NCBI GenBank assembly: GCA_046343855.1
Contig: JBKDMX010000092.1
Coordinates: 18,214-82,213, forward strand
From: Planctomycetia bacterium
Lineage (GTDB): Bacteria; Planctomycetota; Planctomycetia; Pirellulales; UBA1268
Length of the DNA: 64,000 nucleotides
Reading direction: 5' to 3'
The notes under the pieces were generated by a model. That model ran no database searches and was not told where the DNA came from. It saw nothing but the letters and a program-made list of their open reading frames with translations. The position numbers and the translations under genes are program-made. Below are positions 60,157-64,000 of this stretch, in pieces. Within the stretch, counting starts at the first letter, position 1. Every line of letters begins with the position of its first letter.

Positions 60157-61947
60157 ATGCCCAAACGCTGGCACATTCAGCCGCACGACCAGGCCGCCGT
60201 CGCCGGTCTCGAGCGATCCGCCGGCGTGTCGAGCATCGTCGCCCGACTCCTGGCGGCCCGCGGCATCACCGACGCAGCCGCCGTCAAGTCGTTCCTGGCC
60301 GGCAGCATGTCGGATCTCCGCGATCCCGACCTCCTGCCGGGCGTCGCCGCGGCGGCCGACCGGATCCTCGCCGCCGCGAAGGCCGGCCGAAAGATCGTGG
60401 TCTACGGCGATTACGACGCCGACGGCATGTGCGCCACCGCGATCCTCATGCACTGCCTCGACGCGATCGACGCGCAGGCGAGCTGGTATGTGCCCGACCG
60501 GTTCGAGGAGGGCTACGGCCTCAATGCGGATGCGCTCGAGACGCTCGCCCGCCGGGGTGAACAGCTCGTCGTCACCGTCGACTGCGGGATCGCGAGCGTT
60601 GCCGAGGCCCGCCGGGCGAAGGAACTCGGGCTCGAGCTGATCGTCACCGACCACCATTCCTTCGCCGACACGCTCCCTGAGGCCGACGTGCTCGTGCATC
60701 CGCGGCTGCCGGGCGCGGCCTATCCCTTCGGCGAGCTCTGCGGCGCCGGCGTGGCCTTCAAGCTCGCCTGGGCGATCGCGACGCGGGCCAGCGGCGCGAA
60801 GCAGGTGACGCCGCGGCTCCGCGAGATGTTGCTCAAGTCGATCGGCTTTGCGGCACTCGGCACGGTCGCCGACGTGGTGCCGCTGCTCGACGAAAACCGG
60901 ATCTACGTGAAGCACGGCCTCGAGTGCCTCAGGCAGCGCGGCGGCCCGGGGATCGAGCGGCTGATGGAGCTCGCGAAGCTCAACGAGAAGTCGCAGCTCG
61001 ACAGCGAAGACATCGCCTTTCGACTGGCGCCACGGCTCAACGCGGCCGGCCGGCTCGGCAAGGCGGCCAGTGGCATCGAGCTGTTGACGACGGCCGACCC
61101 CGCGCGGGCCGCGAGCCTCGCCGACTATGTGCACGAGCTCAATGCCCAGCGCGACACGCTCGAGCGGAGCATCCAGCTGGCCGCGGCCAAGCAGGCCCGC
61201 GAGCGATTCGACCCGGAGGCGGATGCGGCGCTCGTGCTCGCGGAGCGCGGCTGGCATCCGGGGGTGATCGGGATCGTGGCCGGCCGGCTCGCCGAGAAGC
61301 ACCATCGGCCCGTCGTGATGCTCGCCCGCGACGAGCACCAGGGGCGGCCCGCGATCGGCAGCGTGCGGAGCGTGCCGGGCTTCGACGTGCATGCGGCGCT
61401 CGTCGCCTGCCGCGATCTGCTCGTCACCTGCGGCGGCCACGCGGCGGCGGCCGGCCTGCGGATTGAAGACGCGCAGATCGACGCCTTCCGCGAGCGGTTC
61501 TTGGGCGAGGTTGAGGCGCGGATGCCCGCCGCCCTGAGGCAGGCCCAGATCGCGATCGACGGCGAGGCCACGCTCGCCGGCCTCACGCTCGACACCGTGT
61601 CGCAGATGGAGCGGCTCGCACCGTTCGGGCAGGCGAATCGCCGGCCGGTGCTCTGCGCCTCGGGCGTGCGGCTCGCGGAGCCTCCGCGAACGATCGGCGG
61701 AGGCGCCCGCCACATTTCGATGAACCTCGTGCAGCATGGCGCGAAGGTCCGCGGCGTGGCGTTTGGCGGCGCGGAGTGGCTCGACCACCTTCCCGCGCCG
61801 GGTCAGCCCTTTCACGTCGCCTTCAAGCCGAAGATCAACGAGTTTCGCGGCCGCCGCACGGCCGAGATGGAGATCATCGACTGGCGGCCCGACGGCATCG
61901 ACGTGGCCGTGGAGTTGTCCGCCCAGGCGCCAGCTCAATCCTGCTGA
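60157..61947 (+). CDS. recJ: ssDNA-specific exonuclease RecJ
   Basis: YGDYDADG, EGYG, TVDCG, TDHH, GTVADVVPL..ENR, PRLNAAGR, GGHAAAAG. Confidence 0.96.
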   Translation: MPKRWHIQPHDQAAVAGLERSAGVSSIVARLLAARGITDAAAVKSFLAGSMSDLRDPDLLPGVAAAADRILAAAKAGRKIVVYGDYDADGMCATAILMHCLDAIDAQASWYVPDRFEEGYGLNADALETLARRGEQLVVTVDCGIASVAEARRAKELGLELIVTDHHSFADTLPEADVLVHPRLPGAAYPFGELCGAGVAFKLAWAIATRASGAKQVTPRLREMLLKSIGFAALGTVADVVPLLDENRIYVKHGLECLRQRGGPGIERLMELAKLNEKSQLDSEDIAFRLAPRLNAAGRLGKAASGIELLTTADPARAASLADYVHELNAQRDTLERSIQLAAAKQARERFDPEADAALVLAERGWHPGVIGIVAGRLAEKHHRPVVMLARDEHQGRPAIGSVRSVPGFDVHAALVACRDLLVTCGGHAAAAGLRIEDAQIDAFRERFLGEVEARMPAALRQAQIAIDGEATLAGLTLDTVSQMERLAPFGQANRRPVLCASGVRLAEPPRTIGGGARHISMNLVQHGAKVRGVAFGGAEWLDHLPAPGQPFHVAFKPKINEFRGRRTAEMEIIDWRPDGIDVAVELSAQAPAQSC

Positions 61948-61962
61948 GCGTGGCGAATATGC

Positions 61963-61997
61963 TTGACCAAACCGCCTGTTATGACGATAGTTATAAC
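61963..61997 (+). promoter_or_regulatory. TA operon promoter with tandem palindromic operators
   Basis: TTGACC at 61963; GTTATGAC (61978-61985) and GTTATAAC (61990-61997). Confidence 0.55.
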
Positions 61998-62017
61998 GTG
62001 GAGTGGAGGCCTGAAAA

Positions 62018-62248
62018 ATGACACTCGAACTGAAAATTCGTCGCGTGGGCAACTCGCTTGGCGTGATCATCCCGACCGAAGCGCTGGCGCTCCTGAACGT
62101 GCGGGAGGGCGACGCTCTGTTCCTGACGGAGGCCTCCGAAGGCTCGGTTCGGCTGTCCGCACAGCGACCGGGTTTTGCGGAGAAGGCGGCGATCGCCGAC
62201 GACCTCATCCAGCGTTATCGCAACGCCCTGAACGAACTCGCGAAGTAA
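62018..62248 (+). CDS. AbrB/MazE-type antitoxin
   Basis: LKIRRVGNSLGVIIP, L.V.EGD.L, RYRNAL.ELAK. Confidence 0.9.
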   Translation: MTLELKIRRVGNSLGVIIPTEALALLNVREGDALFLTEASEGSVRLSAQRPGFAEKAAIADDLIQRYRNALNELAK

Positions 62249-62260
62249 CGGGCCGGATCG

Positions 62261-62656
62261 ATGCGCGAACCGGTCTGGATCACGGAAGAAGACTGCTTGT
62301 CTTTTCATGAAAAACTCTTGGCCCGTTTCGGGGGATCCAGCGGCGTGCGCGACCACGGGCTCCTCGCGTCTGCACTCGCGCGGCCGCAGCATCTCTTTTC
62401 GTACGAACGCCCCACCCTCTTCGACATGGCCGCCGCGTATGCCCATGGGATCGTGAAGAACCATCCATTCGTCGATGGCAACAAGCGGAGCGGGCTTCTC
62501 GCAGCGGCCGTTTTCCTGGAAGCCAATGGGATTCGTTTCGCCGCGACCGAGGAGGACGCTGTCGTGCAGACGCTGGCGCTGGCCGCCGGGGCGATCACAG
62601 CGAAAGATTTCGCGTCCTGGCTGGAGAAAGTGTGCGGGCCGGAAGGAGCCGCCTGA
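62261..62656 (+). CDS. doc: Death-on-curing (Doc/Fic) toxin
   Basis: GG..GVRD.GLL.SAL.RP, NHPFVDGNKR. Confidence 0.92.
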   Translation: MREPVWITEEDCLSFHEKLLARFGGSSGVRDHGLLASALARPQHLFSYERPTLFDMAAAYAHGIVKNHPFVDGNKRSGLLAAAVFLEANGIRFAATEEDAVVQTLALAAGAITAKDFASWLEKVCGPEGAA

Positions 62657-62658
62657 CC

Positions 62659-64000
62659 ATGCTGCGGATCCAGAGTGCGATCGCCCTGATCCTGGGAGGC
62701 CTGATGCTGGGAGGCCCGATCCTGGGAAGCGTCATCGCCCGCGCCGACGACTGGCCGCAGTGGATGGGGCCGCGGCGTGACGCAGTGTGGCGCGAGAACG
62801 GAATCGCGAAGGCGATACCGGCGGCGGGCCTGCCGGTGAAGTGGCGGGTGCCCGTGAAGGGTGGCTATGCCGGCCCGGCCGTCGCGGATGGCCGCGTCTA
62901 TCTTTGCGACTACGACCACGGCGCCGGCGAAATCGCCAACAGTCCCAACGACCGCACCGAACTCGCCGGCCGCGAGCGGATCCTCTGCCTCGACGCGGCC
63001 ACGGGCCGATTGCTCTGGAAGCACGAATACGAATGCCCGTATGCAATCTCGTATGCGTCGGGCCCGCGGTGCACGCCGACGGTGCATGGCGGCAAGGTCT
63101 ACGCGCTCGGCGCCGAAGGGAATCTTTTCTGCCTCGACGCCACAACCGGCGCTGTCGTCTGGTCGAAGGATTTCAAGAAGGATTACGCCGCGCCGACGCC
63201 GATCTGGGGCTTCTGCGGCCATCCGCTGATCGATGGTGAAAAGCTCGTCTGCCTGGTGGGTGGCGAGGGGAGCGTGGCCGTCGCGTTCGACAAAGACACC
63301 GGCAAGGAACTCTGGCGGGCGATTTCGGCGAGCGAGCAGGGCTATTGTCCGCCAACCTTGATCGAGGCCGCGGGCGTGCGGCAACTCATGATCTGGGATG
63401 CCGACAAGCTCAATGCGCTCGATCCTGTGAACGGACGCCTGCTCTGGTCGCAGCCGCTCAAGCCCGCCTACGGGATGTCGATCATGGCGCCGCTGGTGGC
63501 GGAGACGAAGCAAGGCCGCGTGCTCTATGCGAGCGGCATCGGCCGCGTGGGTGCGCTGTTCACGTTGGCCGGCGACAAGCCCGGTGCAAGTGTCGCCTGG
63601 CGCGGCCAGCCGAAGACGGCGGTCTACTGCGCCAATAGCACGCCCTTCATCGAAGGCGACACGCTCTACGGCTGCGATTGTGAAACAGGTTTTTTGACGG
63701 CGGTCGACCTCGCCACGGGCGACCGGCTCTGGGAGACGGGCGCGCCGACGATGGGCGACCGCCGCGGGCGGCACGGCACGGCCTTTCTCATCCGCCACCG
63801 GCCAACTAGCGGCGCGGGTGACGGCCGCACCTGGCTCTTCAGCGAGACGGGCGACCTGATCCTCGCTAGTCTCACGCGCGAGGCGTATCGCGAACTGGGC
63901 CGGATGCACCTGCTCGACCCCACGAACGAGTGCTTCGGCCGCGAGGTGGTCTGGAGCCACCCGGCCTTCGCCGACCGCTGCGTGTTCGCGAGAAACGACC
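62659..64000 (+). CDS. PQQ-like beta-propeller protein (3'-truncated; absent from the ORF track)
   Basis: Hand translation: signal peptide, ADDWPQWMGPRRD, GGYAGPAVADGRVY, CLDAATGRLLW, WSHPAFADR; runs off the window end. Confidence 0.85.
   Translation, partial: MLRIQSAIALILGGLMLGGPILGSVIARADDWPQWMGPRRDAVWRENGIAKAIPAAGLPVKWRVPVKGGYAGPAVADGRVYLCDYDHGAGEIANSPNDRTELAGRERILCLDAATGRLLWKHEYECPYAISYASGPRCTPTVHGGKVYALGAEGNLFCLDATTGAVVWSKDFKKDYAAPTPIWGFCGHPLIDGEKLVCLVGGEGSVAVAFDKDTGKELWRAISASEQGYCPPTLIEAAGVRQLMIWDADKLNALDPVNGRLLWSQPLKPAYGMSIMAPLVAETKQGRVLYASGIGRVGALFTLAGDKPGASVAWRGQPKTAVYCANSTPFIEGDTLYGCDCETGFLTAVDLATGDRLWETGAPTMGDRRGRHGTAFLIRHRPTSGAGDGRTWLFSETGDLILASLTREAYRELGRMHLLDPTNECFGREVVWSHPAFADRCVFARND

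Noticed and set aside
62684-62730. Three 15-bp tandem repeats (CCTGATCCTGGGAGG-like)
   Set aside because: In-frame repeats encoding the hydrophobic signal peptide (LILGG LMLGG PILGS); no sign of a separate function.

Overview
High-GC window from a Planctomycetota (Pirellulales-like) chromosome, judged from DUF1559, BBP7-type barrel, DUF4159/MoxR/BatA and FhcC genes. About 56 real CDS; most of the long overlapping ORFs in the track are antisense shadows. 1-33 kb is housekeeping and envelope genes (AONS/SPT-like enzyme, arfB, fba, FabZ-ACP-FabZ-FabF cluster, three Hsp20, fhcC, rpsL-rpsG without fusA, sppA, lexA, NtrC-type two-component pair, MoxR-DUF58-BatA-vWA), heavily seeded with GTAG-type REP palindromes. 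33-55 kb is a REP-free sulfur region: OprO/P porin, sulfate ABC operon ending in YezD and a DUF1559 pilin-like gene, two cysK, a sigma54 activator with visible -24/-12 promoters and candidate enhancer palindromes, a HEPN-MNT pair, and a Family 2B (cNMP-domain) encapsulin followed by a cysteine desulfurase. 55-64 kb holds an H-NOX gas-sensor domain fused to a Hanks-type Ser/Thr kinase, hisS, recJ, an AbrB-Doc toxin-antitoxin pair and a truncated PQQ-like propeller. Best leads: the H-NOX-kinase fusion, the sigma54-controlled encapsulin/sulfur module, covarying CAGGATG-capped hairpin repeats, and REPs that supply stop codons. No rRNA, tRNA, CRISPR array or transposase was seen. All family calls are from motif recognition by eye; no searches were run.
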